Part shown: in pieces, positions 12,473 to 25,207 of the stretch
How positions within the stretch are numbered: position 1 is the stretch's first letter
Layout: the number at the start of each line of letters is the position of its first letter
Origin: Blasia pusilla
Taxonomy: Eukaryota
Length of the DNA stretch: 64,000 nucleotides
Direction of reading: 5' to 3'
Assembly: GCA_050084515.1 (NCBI GenBank)
Contig: CM114271.1
Location: 26,164,001 to 26,228,000, forward strand
Program-made: the position numbers and the translations under genes
Notes under the pieces: generated by a model
The model's input: only the letters and a program-made list of their open reading frames with translations
The model's database searches: none
Told to the model about the DNA's origin: nothing

Positions 12473-14582
12473 CTGCACAGTCCCACAGAAATCCAGTCAG
12501 AGGGCTACAATCCTTCCTTCACAGGCTTTATGGGCTTACCTCACTGGCTTGCCCATAAAATTCCGACTAACGCCACCTTCGTACGGACGGCTCGCAATCC
12601 GACGCATCGTGACGTGATGATGCGTGCTACTGCTAGGAAAGGACGTTCATGGTGCAGCAATCTCCCGGTCCAGTCGAGTAAAGATCGAAACTACCCGAAA
12701 GACTGCGAGCCACAGCAGTTACCGCCCGCCACTGGAAATAAAAAAACGGGACAGCTACGGCAATGGAGATAAGAAATGTAGTAAAATCCGAGACGAATAT
12801 CGACGGTTGTTAGTTCCAATCTTCCAAGTTGAGTAGTACTTGTGCAGTCGGTGATTTTATGATATTATCAGAGACAGGGTCGTTTCGCTTATCTGTACCT
12901 GAGCGACGAACATCTGAACTCCGGCTTGCAAGAGCAACACTCTCCGGCCCACCTTATCGACAATGGCGACTGCAACTACGGTAGAGAGCACATTGACGCT
13001 CCCGGTGATGACGGCGGAGTAGAGAGCCGCGCTGGAACCAAATCCCAAAGTTTGAAACAGAACCGGAGCGTAGAACATGATGGCGTTGATGCCGGAGAAT
13101 TGCTGGAAAAGTTGCAACAAGATGGCGATCACGAGCTGAGGACGGTTTCGCCTTTTCAAGATGTTCTTGAACGGGTGCTTAACGAGCGCCGCGACTTCAC
13201 TGGCGAGGACCATGTCGTCGTACTCCGCCTGCACATTAGGAGTGCCTCGGACCTTCTGCAGGATTCGCTTCCCCATCTCCATTTTGCCACGCTCGATCAA
13301 ACTATTGGGGGTCTCCGGAAGCAGCATGCCTCCCAGTGCCAGTAGACCTGCAGGAACTCCGGCCAGCCCGAGCGCCAAGCGCCAACCCCACGGATTAATC
13401 TTCTCTGCTCCGTAGTTGACAAGATTTGCGAACAAAATTCCCACGGTCACTGCGAGCTGGAAGAGAATATTCAGGCCTCCTCGTAGGTGCGTGGGTGCAA
13501 TCTCCGACAGATACAAGGGAACAGCCTGCACCCATTACCATGTGTGAGAGATTTTTCATCACCAAACGGAGACGCTACTTTTTGGCGAAGCAAACAGTCG
13601 GAAGCAGCGAATGATAGCGGCCTCCGACCTTCTGTCGTTGCATGGAAGCTCAACGTCGGAAGTTCATGAAATTGACGAAGTTCTCGACACGACTCGAGAG
13701 GGCCTTGTCTGATGGCCTCACCTGGTTGGCAAAACCGACTCCACAACCGAGTAGAACTCGCCCCAGGATGAGAACTACGATGCTAGGAGCCGCTGCACAC
13801 ATCGTCGTTCCAATCACAAAGCAAACAGCGGCAATTTGCATCGTCGGACGTCGCCCGAGTCGACGAGAGGTGTATGAGGCGAAATAAGTTGCCACCAGGC
13901 CGGCGATGTACAAGCTGGACGTGAAGGCCTGCAGTTTTTGATTGTTGTACTTGCAGTAGTTTCCATCGGGATTATTTGGGTCCGTCTTCCTCGCGAGGAC
14001 TTCGGGGAAGAATTTCGCCAGAAAGGAGTCCATGCTCGTCACACCCCCTGCACCGAACAAGGGAATCCCACACAGTGATCAAAACAAGATCGTAGGAAGC
14101 CTAATCAGGCGCCATCTTGCCATCCTTCCAGCCTCCGTGAGCAGGACCCCAATCTGTCGCATCCTAGAATCTATTTATTATTCACTTCCAACGGAAACGA
14201 ACTGCGACGTTTCTTCCGCCGCAACAAAACTTCAATCGTAACAGTCCATTACAGTCCCGACATCGCGCACTTCATCCCCTCTGAACAATCCCCAGTACCA
14301 CGTAGGAGCTCATCTCATCCAATTCAGTCTCCCTAGAGGTGCAATCGCCACGAATCTTACGAACGACGGTCCGCGCAGAGCTCCAGACGAAGATCCAGAG
14401 ATCAGCGGGAAGAAATAAAGACAGTGCATCGAACTGAGCAACAAACCTGAAATTCCAACATCGTAGCCGAACATGAGACCGCCGCTGGCCGCCAAAATGC
14501 AAGTTAGAATCACGTAGATTGTGACTCTTCCCTCGTAAGGCTTCCGGCCTGGATCCTGCGGAGCTAGCATACCCCCCGCCAT
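11984..14582 (-). CDS. STP13: Sugar transport protein (STP/MST family, MFS hexose/H+ symporter), STP13-like; join(14582..14447,14047..13722,13525..12899,12472..11984), 525 aa
   Basis: Hallmark motifs: [105 protein letters not shown]. All three introns are GT-AG and in phase, at positions typical of plant STPs. The exact orthology label is tentative. Confidence 0.93.
12899..13525 (-). CDS. STP13: STP exon 3 (627 bp)
   Basis: CAG acceptor at 13528-13526; AVPLYLSE...QMFVAQ; GT donor at 12898. Confidence 0.92.
13722..14047 (-). CDS. STP13: STP exon 2 (326 bp)
   Basis: CAG acceptor at 14050-14048; GGVTSMD...GFANQ; GTGAG donor at 13721. Confidence 0.92.
14447..14582 (-). CDS. STP13: STP exon 1 (136 bp)
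   Basis: ATG at 14582; MAGG...GYDVGIS; GT donor at 14446. Confidence 0.9.
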
Positions 14583-14683
14583 CTTCAGACCACCTCTCTG
14601 ACAGTCGCGCACGTCACCGCAGTGCAATTCCGACTCCCCTCGAGCCCCCCGTCGTCAGACTGTCCAGCGCCAGCAGTCGAATC

Positions 14684-14685
<2 letters not shown>

Positions 14686-14714
<29 letters not shown>
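14686..14714. repeat. (GA)n tract in the STP 5' leader
   Basis: CT run on the + strand about 100 nt upstream of the ATG; GAGA-element-like. Confidence 0.7.
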
Positions 14715-14718
<4 letters not shown>

Positions 14719-15467
14719 CACGGCGTGACGATACAGCCACCGAAATTCGAGGTGCGGACAAGCGCCAAGGCAGTCAACACCGCAAGACGGGGGCGGGAGG
14801 AGAAGACCGGGATCCGGAGACGGTCGCTCGTGCCCAGGGAATTTCGACAGCATGCGATCAACTTTACGAGCGAGTGAGCTTCAGTCGCAAGAACACTGGT
14901 ATGAATCGATCCGTCGTCTGCCCCGCCCACCAGCACCTCTCGATCCGTTGTTCGCGTGACTGCAGACCCCCTGACAAATCCCTCACATGAGCCTGCAAAT
15001 CTCGCGATGCCCGACTCCGAACACGAGCTCTCGGAATCGCGGGGCTCTCTTGTCGCTCGCAGACACAGCCGACACGGACTTCGGTCCACTCTTTTTGTCA
15101 GGGCAAGCTTTCGGTGCAACGAGGAGTCCGATTCTCCTGCTTTCTCCCGTCCCTCCGCCGCTTATTTATTTCCTCCATGTCCCATGGGCGATTCTGGCCC
15201 GCCCGCAGGCGCCAGATTCCGTTGCCATGGAGCGTGGGATCGCTCCCGGACCTCGCTTCGCGTGGCGACCGCGGGGTCCTCCAGGCTCGGGCACTTTTCG
15301 TCCGGCGTTTTCTGTCCTCCTCACCGTCTCTTCCCTGCCCGACACTGAGGTGAACCCGTGGGTATCACCTCTCGATTGCCTTTTCTTCTGCGAACATTAA
15401 AAGAACTGGTACATGCGCGTGGATATGAGATAACGGGAAAAACCTTGTCCTCCAATATATAAATAAA

Positions 15468-15607
15468 CTAGTATAACCCCCGTGGTGAAAATCACCGTAG
15501 AAAAAGACTCTGCTCCGTTTATTTAACTCCGCTCTTACACCTGTCGTACGGAGGAGGGTCTTCGAATCCCGTTCTCTTTTAATTATATATAATATATAAA
15601 AAATAGA
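15468..15607 (-). mobile_element. 140-bp mini-Helitron upstream of STP
   Basis: On the minus strand: A|TCTAT... 5' end, a GGTGA-ttt-TCACC hairpin, and a CTAG|T 3' end. The 5' part is homologous to 45036-45090 and 40020-40077. Confidence 0.6.
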
Positions 15608-17784
15608 TATATACAGTATATATATGCCGACGGGAATTCTACATTCTCTTGGGTTATATGTGGGAGAATTTTGGGCCAGAGAAGATTTTATGCGATGATA
15701 ATTCTGTAGTTTGGTGGCATATGAGCTATGTTTTAAATAGTATAGAAATTTATCTTCTCACATCATGCATCCCTCATCCTAATTAGGAATGGAGGAGTGA
15801 GAATAAGGGGGTTTTCCACTGCAACGAAATCTGGTTTATGTAGGTAATTGGACTCGTGGGGACGTGTTTAGCATGCTTGGGCATACCCCTAGTAATACTA
15901 TAATGCTTGCACAACCCGCACTAGCATGCTAACCTGTTTAGAAAAGAAAATGGCTACTGTGATACATTCTCATCCTTTACTATTTTAAACCAAGTGGATA
16001 GTTCTTCATTTTAAAATAATGTATCTTTTTCTTTGCTTTATAGTATCTCGGTTTTTAAAATTTTCCCAAGTCTATAAAAAGAAAGTGACTCATCATCTTT
16101 CCTTATTAGGTTTGGGACCGTTTAGAATTATTTTTCTATTATAAGTACTTTCCCTTTTTCAATTTTAAAATAGATGAAAAAATTAATGGTCCTATCATAT
16201 CTTGCAAAGCCACCTGTAATTTAGTGACTCGCCTTATTGATTTCTATAAAAGGTAATAAAAAAATTTATATTTCTTCTTTGAAATTATTTTTCAATTCTT
16301 TAGAAGATAATTTATCGAGATAATAACTCCCCTTTCCTCAATTTATAGTATACATTTTACTTAAATTTTATTCTAGACTCTAGAGAAAGCAAGAAAATGA
16401 AGAGACACCTCATCGTTCTCTTCTAAGATTTCATGTATTTTTTAGATTCTCTCCAAATTAAATAACTTCATTTATTTCAATCATAATATAGATGAGATCA
16501 TTTATTGCTCCATTCATAGAAAACAATATCTAATTTAGTGACTCACCTTCTTTTTCTTTTCCTATGAAGGAATATGACACATCTTATTTCCTCTGTGAAA
16601 AGAGTTATCCTCTCATCCCTTCCCCATGTAATAGTATAGATAAGTAAGAAGATAGATAAAAAAAAATTCCAATTGAATGAGGTTTCAACTTAAGAATGCC
16701 TATCTTTTCCTAATAAGACAGATATTCATTGTAGAGTGCAACCGCTATCCCTCCTTGCTAGCCCACAAAGAGACCCCAACTTTGAGTCACGTGAGCAACA
16801 GATGTGGGTTGAGTCACAAAAACCCAACCGACCACGATTCATGTCTAGGGGATGTCATTGAAGGAAAAGTTGACAACAACGTACGTTAAACTAAAGGATG
16901 TTTTTAATTGCCAACGGAAAATCTTTTGGAATTTTGTCGAACTTACACAAGGGAGTGGGAAATTAAAAATATGAAGTCGATGTAAGCAAAGCCCTCAAAA
17001 AATGGGGAAAATAGTTCAAATGTTGGTCGAAAGTTGCAAGGGGTGAAGAAATTCCCCCCAAAAAAATTGATTATAAGATCGAAAGTTGCAAGGGACTATG
17101 CAATTCCAAAGAAAATATCAATAAGAAAATCTCAAATAGAATATAAAAATATTGATATTATTATATTGTGAGCTTGGTTTCCAATGATCCTCTCCTCAAA
17201 ATGATTTCAAGGGAATGTTTTTATATTCACTTGGATTATTTCACATAATCGGTTTTGACCTATTGGTCCAAGTAAAAACCTGAAATTCCTATATGACACT
17301 AATGATTTAGTTAAAATAGATATAAATTCAATTATTCTTTTAGTCACCATGACTCCCAAATTCAAAGATGCACATACTACATGGTATCTTGATGGTCATG
17401 ATAAATTTGTAGTAGATGAGCACATGAGAAGGATGGAAATTTTTTAATAAAATTTTTGGATTTGTCAATCCATAATTTTTGTAATAGATGTAAAATATTT
17501 TTGCTTCACATGGTTTTTTGGATTATAAAAATTTTAATTAATAAAGGGAGGATCAAATATGGAGAAAAGTAGTCAAAAAGTTATTGAAGGGTATTTTTTA
17601 TAGGCATATTTTAATTAAGTTGACTAAAAATAGGGAAGGTCAAATAGGGGCCTAGCCGCAAGTGGTATATGGGGCATATGTACTATGACATCCCCAAGAT
17701 TCATGTGTTGTGTAGGTGAGTTGATTAAGCGGTCTAACACTAATCAGCATAATCGGTTCGAAATCTCTCCACATGCGTACCATC

Positions 17785-18270
17785 CAAGGTTGCACGCGAA
17801 CAAAGTCCGTGTCCGTGGACTTGTCCGTACCGAGGACGGACATGTCCGTGCGGGCCCGGGTGCGGGCTCCATGAGCCCGCGTTGCCCACGGCCCGCACCC
17901 GGGCCCGTGCACACCAAGCAATCCGCCCTTCTGGCCAGTGCGCATTATGCCTGACCCCTGTTTTCTGTCGAACCCGCGTCGAGGACAAATTGGGTCGCGT
18001 CGCGCCCTCTAATCCGACGCTTTGGGCCTAGCCCGCATGCGGGCTCTAAGGCCCGCGTACATCCCGCGCGTGGGCTTTGTGGCCCGCAACGGAGCCCGCA
18101 TGCGGGCCTACGAGCCCCCACCCCTGCCCGCATGCGGGCTCTAGGGCCCGCAAGCCCCACCACCCCGCCCACATACGGGCCCGCGAGCCCCCCCCGTAAG
18201 CCCGCCGTAGCCTGCCCTTCCCGCAAACCCCGCGGGGACACGTGGCGGCCTGGGAGTGGTTGGGCCAAGT
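17785..18270. repeat. Left subterminal array (GCCCGC/GCGGGC, TGTCCGT motifs)
   Basis: Dozens of short GC-rich motifs in both orientations, typical of hAT transposase-binding arrays. Confidence 0.75.
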
Positions 18271-18965
18271 TTGAACTTGGCCCCAACTCCCTCCCCTCCC
18301 CTTCCCCCTTTTTTCCCTTTGGGGTAAAACCCATAAGGGAAGGGCCCACAAGGGGTGCAAAAATGTACATATGGGGGGGGGAGTTTAAAAGGTAATTGCC
18401 TAATTAACCCTTATTTTCCCTATTTATCCCAAAAAAAATTGATATTTTGGATTAGGCTCCAAATTTTTATGGTGCCTTGAGAGCTAAGGGCTTTCAAGGT
18501 TACTAGGAATTTTGGAGAAATCCCTTGGGTGCCTTTTGGGAGTACTTGGATTTTATTCGGGACGAACTTGGATATTTATGCTCCTTGTTGCATCTAAAAT
18601 AAACTCCAATTGACTCCACATTAGGTGAGTGTTGGTGAGTGTGGAAATCTCTTGTTTCACTAAACTTGTTTGGTGATTTTGAGATTTCCGATTCATAGAC
18701 CCGAATTTTTTGACTTGTTCCATTGGTTCTCCTTAGCACATCGGGGATGTCGAGGTGATCAAGGAACCTTATCTAAACAAGCCCATATCTACCTATTCCC
18801 TTTGAGAGCCCAACCCTTAACTTCCATCATTCACACGCTAGTACATTCTGAGCCATTTTTTTAGCATCTCACATCATTCTCTTTTCGGTATTTTCTTATC
18901 TCAACCCGTACATTTCTATCCCTTGTATTTTTTTAAGATGTTATTATCTTCTTCATCCAAGGGAA

Positions 18966-20380
18966 ATGTCTAGTGGGGTTGGGTCATCGAGAGCGAGAGA
19001 GAACCGAAATGAGTCCAACGTCGGTGCCAAGAGGCAAAGAGCAACTATGAGGAATAATTTCAACATGGCCGTAAGAGAGGCATAGTTAGACTCGTTTTTC
19101 CATCTTTCTTGAGAGAAGAGGCGATCCTACATTTTGACGGGTATGGATGGTTTACATGACTACACCTTGGAATTGCAGAGATTGTCCAATAGAGTGGCAA
19201 AAGCATTTGACTGGGAAGTAGATGCTGCGGAGGCGAATAGGTTGACTAAATTTTGTGCCCAACAAGGTGTTAACCTGGAGAGAGCATATGTCAATCTCAA
19301 GACATATAAGGATGAGAAGCAGAATGCTGTAGACTCGGCTCTCCTAGAAAGATTTTTTATGGAGTTAAGAAGTGCTCAACGTCTTTTCAAGGGACGTAGT
19401 ACTTCTCTGGGGTTGACATTGACCGTTCCATGTGCAATAACTTTGATTTCCGATAAGAATGTAGTAAGAGGACATGCCTCGAGCGATATTGTGGGAACCG
19501 ATTAACACAAAATCGTGTACCGTTGTAAAATAAATGGAACCCATGGCTTTAGGGAAGAAATATACTATTGCATGAAGGTGTATAAGGAATCATCTCTATC
19601 AGGATCTAGAAAATCGATGATGCGAGAGGAGTTGTTTGCTAGTATTTTACATCGCGGTGTTGTTCGCATGGTGGGAAGGTTGATTGAGGATCCACCACGT
19701 GCCATTTTTCCATATTGGAATGGTGGGCACCTCAAAAATTGGTTGTGAGCATGCCATAACTTGAAGAACAGCGGGGGAATCTAGGAGAGTTGGAAAAGAT
19801 GAGATGTCTCGCAATAACATCAAATGTCGTCCAGCTTGTGGTTGCCCTTCTTGGAATCATGGAGACTGTCCACAAGCTTGGGGTTTTCATACCGACCTCC
19901 ATGCTAGAAACATGTTCATCCATTTTGGATCCAACTCTAGCCCATACATCGACATTAGAGATTGGGGGAATGTCATGTGGACTGATGAAGGCTTAGAGTC
20001 TCCTCATAGATGGTGGCATCAGGAACAAAAAGATCATGTTGGGCATATAGCAGCGGAGTTGACGGTACGGCCTCATAATCTCCCTTTTAGCAAGGCCACT
20101 AAAATCTATGCCTTAGGAATGATTGTGAAGAATTTGAACTATGTAACATACAACCTCTCAGTTGGGAATGCCCAAGCAAACGTGAGATTTACTTATTTGG
20201 AAAGGATTCCAAAGTGGGCATTAGTTCCGAATCCCTCAGAATCGCAAAAGCTTAGAGTTTCTTACTGCATATATTAGAGCAAATGCGAAAGTATTAGGTG
20301 CAGGCGATGTAGATTTGGGATTAAGGCCAATAATAGTGGTTGTATGATTGTAAATCCGTTTGAGGATTGGATATTTTTCA
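18966..20380 (+). pseudogene. Atypical protein kinase cargo gene (disrupted by stops and frameshifts)
   Basis: ATG 18966 is in frame with ORFs 19134 and 19515. Kinase subdomains appear in order: IVYRC (I), YCMKVY (II), REE (III), LHRGVVRMVG (IV), FPYWNGGHL (V), HTDLHARN (VIb), DWG (VII), HIAAEL (VIII), IYALG (IX). Confidence 0.75.
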
Positions 20381-20541
20381 TGAGAAATGAAAGACTTCGT
20401 TCAAAAAGATGAATGTGTGACTATGAAATTTTGTGAATGATGAATCTTGATTGATGTTTGGATGTATCGTGTGCCATCGTATAACTATTATTGGAATCAT
20501 TTCTAAATCACCTTTCTTTTTGTATTTTGGTAAAAGACAAG

Positions 20542-21797
20542 ATGGAGTTGCCACCTCATGAAGACCGTAGCCCTTACGAAAATTAGGACAACGGAAGAGG
20601 GGAATAACCCCTAGATACACTGACACCAGAGATCCCTCCAAAGTTGAACAAGAAGACGGTCTTGCAATTCGTCACGGAAGATGAATTAAAGGTGCACTTG
20701 GATAGCACCATTGACCCACAATTTTTGAAAGGAGAGTTCAAGAAGTTGCGGTTGAAGTGGCCGGAGTGTGCGATTGGAGAATTTTCAAGGAAAGTGGAAG
20801 AGGATGATTGGACAAAGAATTGGGCTTTATTCAATGGCGTAAGAAAATACGAAGACCTCCCCAAGAGAAAGATGAAGTTAGTGAGCAATTTATTTGTTCA
20901 GCTCAAAGTTGCGGAGTTGATGAAGGATATGGAGATCCAGTATGGCGATGTGGATGAGGGGTCTTTGAGAAGAGATAAGAGACCAAGAGAACCCCACGGA
21001 AACACTTTAAACGAGCAAGAGTGGAAGCTTCATCACCACGAGCGTCGTCACGCCATTATCAGCAAGGTAGATTGTCAAGGAGCCCTAGAGCCATACTATC
21101 TTCCTTGGATGGTCAAAGAAGAAATAGTCGTACTAAAGAATATATACAAGACGAGAGTGGAGATGAAGGGCAAGTACAAATGGGGGCAGAGGATAGACGA
21201 GATGGTTTGAATGGCCTCTATGTAGGTCGTAGTACGAGCTTTGATGAGCCCGGGGAGAGTTCTAATCGCCCTATACAAAGCGATGCTCCTCCCCAAACCT
21301 TTCGCATGGAGAGTGCTCCGGATAATAGCGAGGTAATGTCTCGTCTTTCACAGTTGGAGATTTTAATAACAAATTCCCAACGCAATTTTGATTTGGCCGC
21401 GGAATTCAACGTTTTGAAGGGGAAGTATGAACAGCTATTTGAGGAGCACATAAAATTGAAGAAAGAGATGAAGAGGCTCTTGAAAAAATATATTGCCAAA
21501 GATGACCTCCATAGAAGGCAAAGAATTGTAATGGTTGACCACACAAAGAAATGGAGAAGAGCATACGAGAACATCATGGCAAGACAACATCAAGAAAAGG
21601 ATGAATTGTTGCGATGGGGTCTTATGATTTTACACCTTCTCCACCTTTCTCATCTTGAAATAAAATTTGACCCACATGGTCTCCAAGGTGCATCTAGCGG
21701 TCTTGCCAATTTTCAAGCAAATTGGAGTTGGGACCACAAGCTCAAAATTTGGCAAGTCCTTTTTGGACCCGAACCATCGGACCTTCTATCAAAATAA
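20542..21797 (+). pseudogene. Second cargo ORF of unknown function, with a C-terminal coiled coil
   Basis: ATG 20542 is in frame with the 188-aa ORF at 20644 through two TAG/TAA stops. A frameshift near 21210 leads into the 258-aa ORF (LSQLEILI...LKGKYEQLFEEHIKLKKEMKRLL). The 3' end runs into the tandem array. Confidence 0.5.
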
Positions 21798-22330
21798 GGA
21801 TTTTCATTTTTCATCTTGTGCAACTTTGTCATCTTGAGCTGAAATTTGGCCACATTTGTCCCCAAGGTGCATCTAGCACTCTTGCCAAGTTTGAGGCAAA
21901 ATGAAGTTGTAAGAAAAAACTCAAAAATTTCTAACTCCTTTTTGGACCCGAACCATCAGACCTTCTACCAAAATAAGCTTTTTCCATTTTTCATCTTGTC
22001 CCACTTTGTCATCTTGAGCTGCAATTTGGCCAACATGGTCCCCAAGATGGCCCTAGCACTCTTACCAAGTTTTAGGCAAAGTGAAGTTGTGAGCAAAACC
22101 CTAAAAAATTTTAACTCTTTTTTGGACCCGAACCATCAGACCTTCAATGGAAATAGTACTTTTGGCCCCCAACCACTAAACCTTCAATGGAAATAAGGTT
22201 TTTTTCATTTTTCATCATGTCAAACTTTCCCAACTTCCGTTTGTAGCACTCTTGCAAAGTTTTGAGCAAAATGGAGTTGTGACCACGAGCTCAAAAATCA
22301 CACTTACCAATTTCACCTTCAATGTAAAAA
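21620..22330. repeat. 179/180-bp tandem array (~3.5-4 copies) inside the hAT element
   Basis: The anchor tttggacccgaaccatc occurs at 21762, 21941 and 22121. Confidence 0.85.
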
Positions 22331-22526
22331 TAAATGCTTTATTAGCGATAAGTATATAAAAAGGATTTTCATAGAAATGACATTCTTACAATAGTCAACA
22401 CAAAATAATTTTGCCACAACTATCTACTAATCCGTCTCACTAAATTTTGTAATTACTCTTCTAGTCTAGGTCTATGGTTGGGTCGGGTGGATTAAGATGT
22501 AAGCGGTAATTTGGCGGATTAATAGT

Positions 22527-25207
22527 TCAAAGTCGGGTAGATCGGCGACGAGTTCCTATTGCAATTGTTTCATCATGGGAGGAAATGTATGAACTATCCA
22601 TGCCATGATTGATGGGTTGAGAGTTTGGAACCATAGGTATGAGAACATCATTATCATTAGGCTCATCAACTAAGTCCGCCGTTTCAACGCGCAAAGATTG
22701 TGGAGGAGTATCCCGCATAGGTTCACTAGACTCGGTGGAATAATTCTCAACTCCTACTGGTGCAGCAATCTGAGGGTCGTAGGTCATGTTAGGAGAAGTG
22801 CTGGGCAGATTGGCTATGCTTGAAGTCCTCCGTTGTGACTCTTCTTCGTGCTCTCGAATCTAATGTTCCATTTCAAGATCATCTTCATCTCTTCCGAGCC
22901 CTCAGAATCAAAATTTTCAGTGTTGCCGATATGAGTATCATGTCTCCCTTCGATGCCATGAATTCCACATATCACATCTACCTCCTTTAGATCCTCATCT
23001 TGCAAGTCAAGGTTATCTTCATGATTACCATCACGGTTTCTAGCATGCAAGCTAGATTCATTGCCATCTTCTACTACCCTTCTAGCTTGTTCTTGTCCTT
23101 CCCTTTCTGAAAAGTATTGCTTGTACAAGAGCGCTTGTCTTGATTTCCGAGAAACACCCTTGTCTCCAAACCTTGAGTTTGTGTAGATGTAAACCAAATC
23201 CCTGGCACGCTCGTTGGTTAATTTATTCCTGTGCTTGTTGTGGATGAAACCATAACTACTCCAATTTCTTTCCGTTGAAGAAGATGAAACCACTTGTGCT
23301 AATATAGACTTAGCCATAGAGCGCAATGTTGATGCACCTTGACCGTGCATGCTCCATCAATCAGAGGGACATAGTGAATCAACAACTTCCCTACCAAATT
23401 CATCCACAAATATTTCTTGATGGTTCATAATGTTGCCCAACTCTCGCAAGCAAGTTGCCACATAAGAATTAGCCTTGGTGACATTGAGGCCATGCACCCC
23501 CGTTGCATACAGTTTCAGATATTGTTTGAAATCTCTCATGCACCCAGTATTTGAAGTGACATCTTGAACACTATCAAGAAGATTGTAAGGGGCGAGAATG
23601 TAGCCTATTGCATGTAACTTGTTGTGGATAAGTGCCCACTGCCTAGAAATAACATCGACCACCTCTATAGCTCTAGACATTGTGACAAAATAACCGCGAC
23701 GCCTTCCGCCCACTCCGGGCCATGGAGTCACAAGAAAAGAACGAGTCTCTTCTATTATCTAAAAAATATGGCGATAAATACGCCTAGTCATTGCTTTATG
23801 ACCATCACACTCTCTCAATAGAATAATAGTTAGTTGAGCTGCAGCAAATAACTCCTCATCCTCCATCCAAAAATTGTGTCATAGTAGTCTTAATCTCTCG
23901 TGCCTTCTCCCTTTGCCTCGCATCACTGCCATTGAAATACTCCCTAAAAGCATTGGTAGCAACCATGGAGTGGAACGCCTCCCTCAATTCTAAGACGTGT
24001 CCCAATATGATAAAATTTGTTACAAAGCGTGTATTTGCAGGAAGCAACAATCGTCTCTTCATTGGATTGGTTTCCATAAATTTGTCATCACCCAAGTTCT
24101 AGTCTTCACAAATACTACCATCTCACGAGCTTGTGCAAAAATCCTGTCCACCCAAGGCCATTTACCCCACTCTTCACAGACTAGATCAAAATAATGTGAT
24201 AGGCATCCACCCCAAAGAATATGAGGGAACTTTGCTTCGATAAGTTTCCCTGCTGCTCGCTCATTGCTAGCATTTTCGGTCACAAGTTGCAACGTATTTT
24301 CTGGACCGATGCGCATGATAGTCCTCTCTATGTGACATTCCAACCATTCCGCCGTTTGGGATTCCCCTTTGGTGTCTACCGACTCAATCATGACCTCACC
24401 TTGTGGACAGGAGACCATTATGTTCACTAAAGACTCACTTCTCACATTGGTCCAAGAATCCGTTATGATTGTGGCCCCCAAACGTAAATTTTCCAATATG
24501 CCATCCACCTTTTCCTTCACCTTCCCCATATGTTTCTCAAGTAGAGTGGTGCGCAACGAATTGTAACTAGGACCTGAGTAATCCTTCACCTTTGTTGTTT
24601 CCAACACTCCTTCTTTGAAAGCAACTTGCCGTACTACGTTGAATGGTATTCCACATTCGTAGAAACACTTTGCCCACATGTCATTCGTAACTTCTATTCC
24701 TTGGATGTTGAAAGAATCCCTCAGATCAGCTTGCTTCTTCCCAGAATTACTACTCCCTCGAATGGGCCCAACAACTCCTCTGCATTCCTCGAGACTGTCA
24801 CTCCGTAGCATTTCCGCAACCCCATCAACATTTTGTACAACATAAACACTATTTCCTATTTGTTGCGAACCTATTTGTAATGGAGTTGTCTCTTCCACTT
24901 CACTCTAAGGTCTCGCTTCCCTTCTTTGTCCATTTCCCACTAGTACCCTGTTTCGGAGATTCCGTTGCATGCTGGGAGGGACCTTCACACATAATTTGGC
25001 ATGATGGGCATCCTGATTCCTATCCTTTGTCTTTCGTCTCTCTCGTGTAAAATGCTCTACCATCCGCGTGCTATGATAGGTTTTCATAGAATAGGAACAA
25101 TATTTGCACTGCCATGTGCTTGATGTTCCACCTTCGATCTGTACTTCTTCCCAATGTTCCTTCACAATCTGTTGGAGTTCTCTGGCTTTGGTCATGACTA
25201 CAGGCAC
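22527..25207 (-). pseudogene. hAT transposase (BED finger, DUF659/RNase H-like, hATC dimerisation domain), disrupted
   Basis: WQCKYC...RMVEHF (BED); FYECGIPFNVV; ITDSWTN...LVNIMV; GCLSHYFDL; LLLPANTRF; LHAIGYILAP; SSSSTERNWSSYGFIHNKHRNKL...DLVYIYTN. Split by stops and frameshifts. Confidence 0.92.

Noticed and set aside
11774-14241. Plus-strand ORFs of 80-150 aa
   Set aside because: Antisense shadows of the STP exons.
17652-18395. Pro/Arg/Gly-rich ORFs (also at 26279-27070 and 62047-62521)
   Set aside because: Open only because the hAT subterminal repeats are GC-rich and poor in stop codons.
21620-22330. CRISPR-like regularly spaced repeat
   Set aside because: The whole ~180-bp unit is repeated (no unique spacers), the context is eukaryotic and there are no cas genes.
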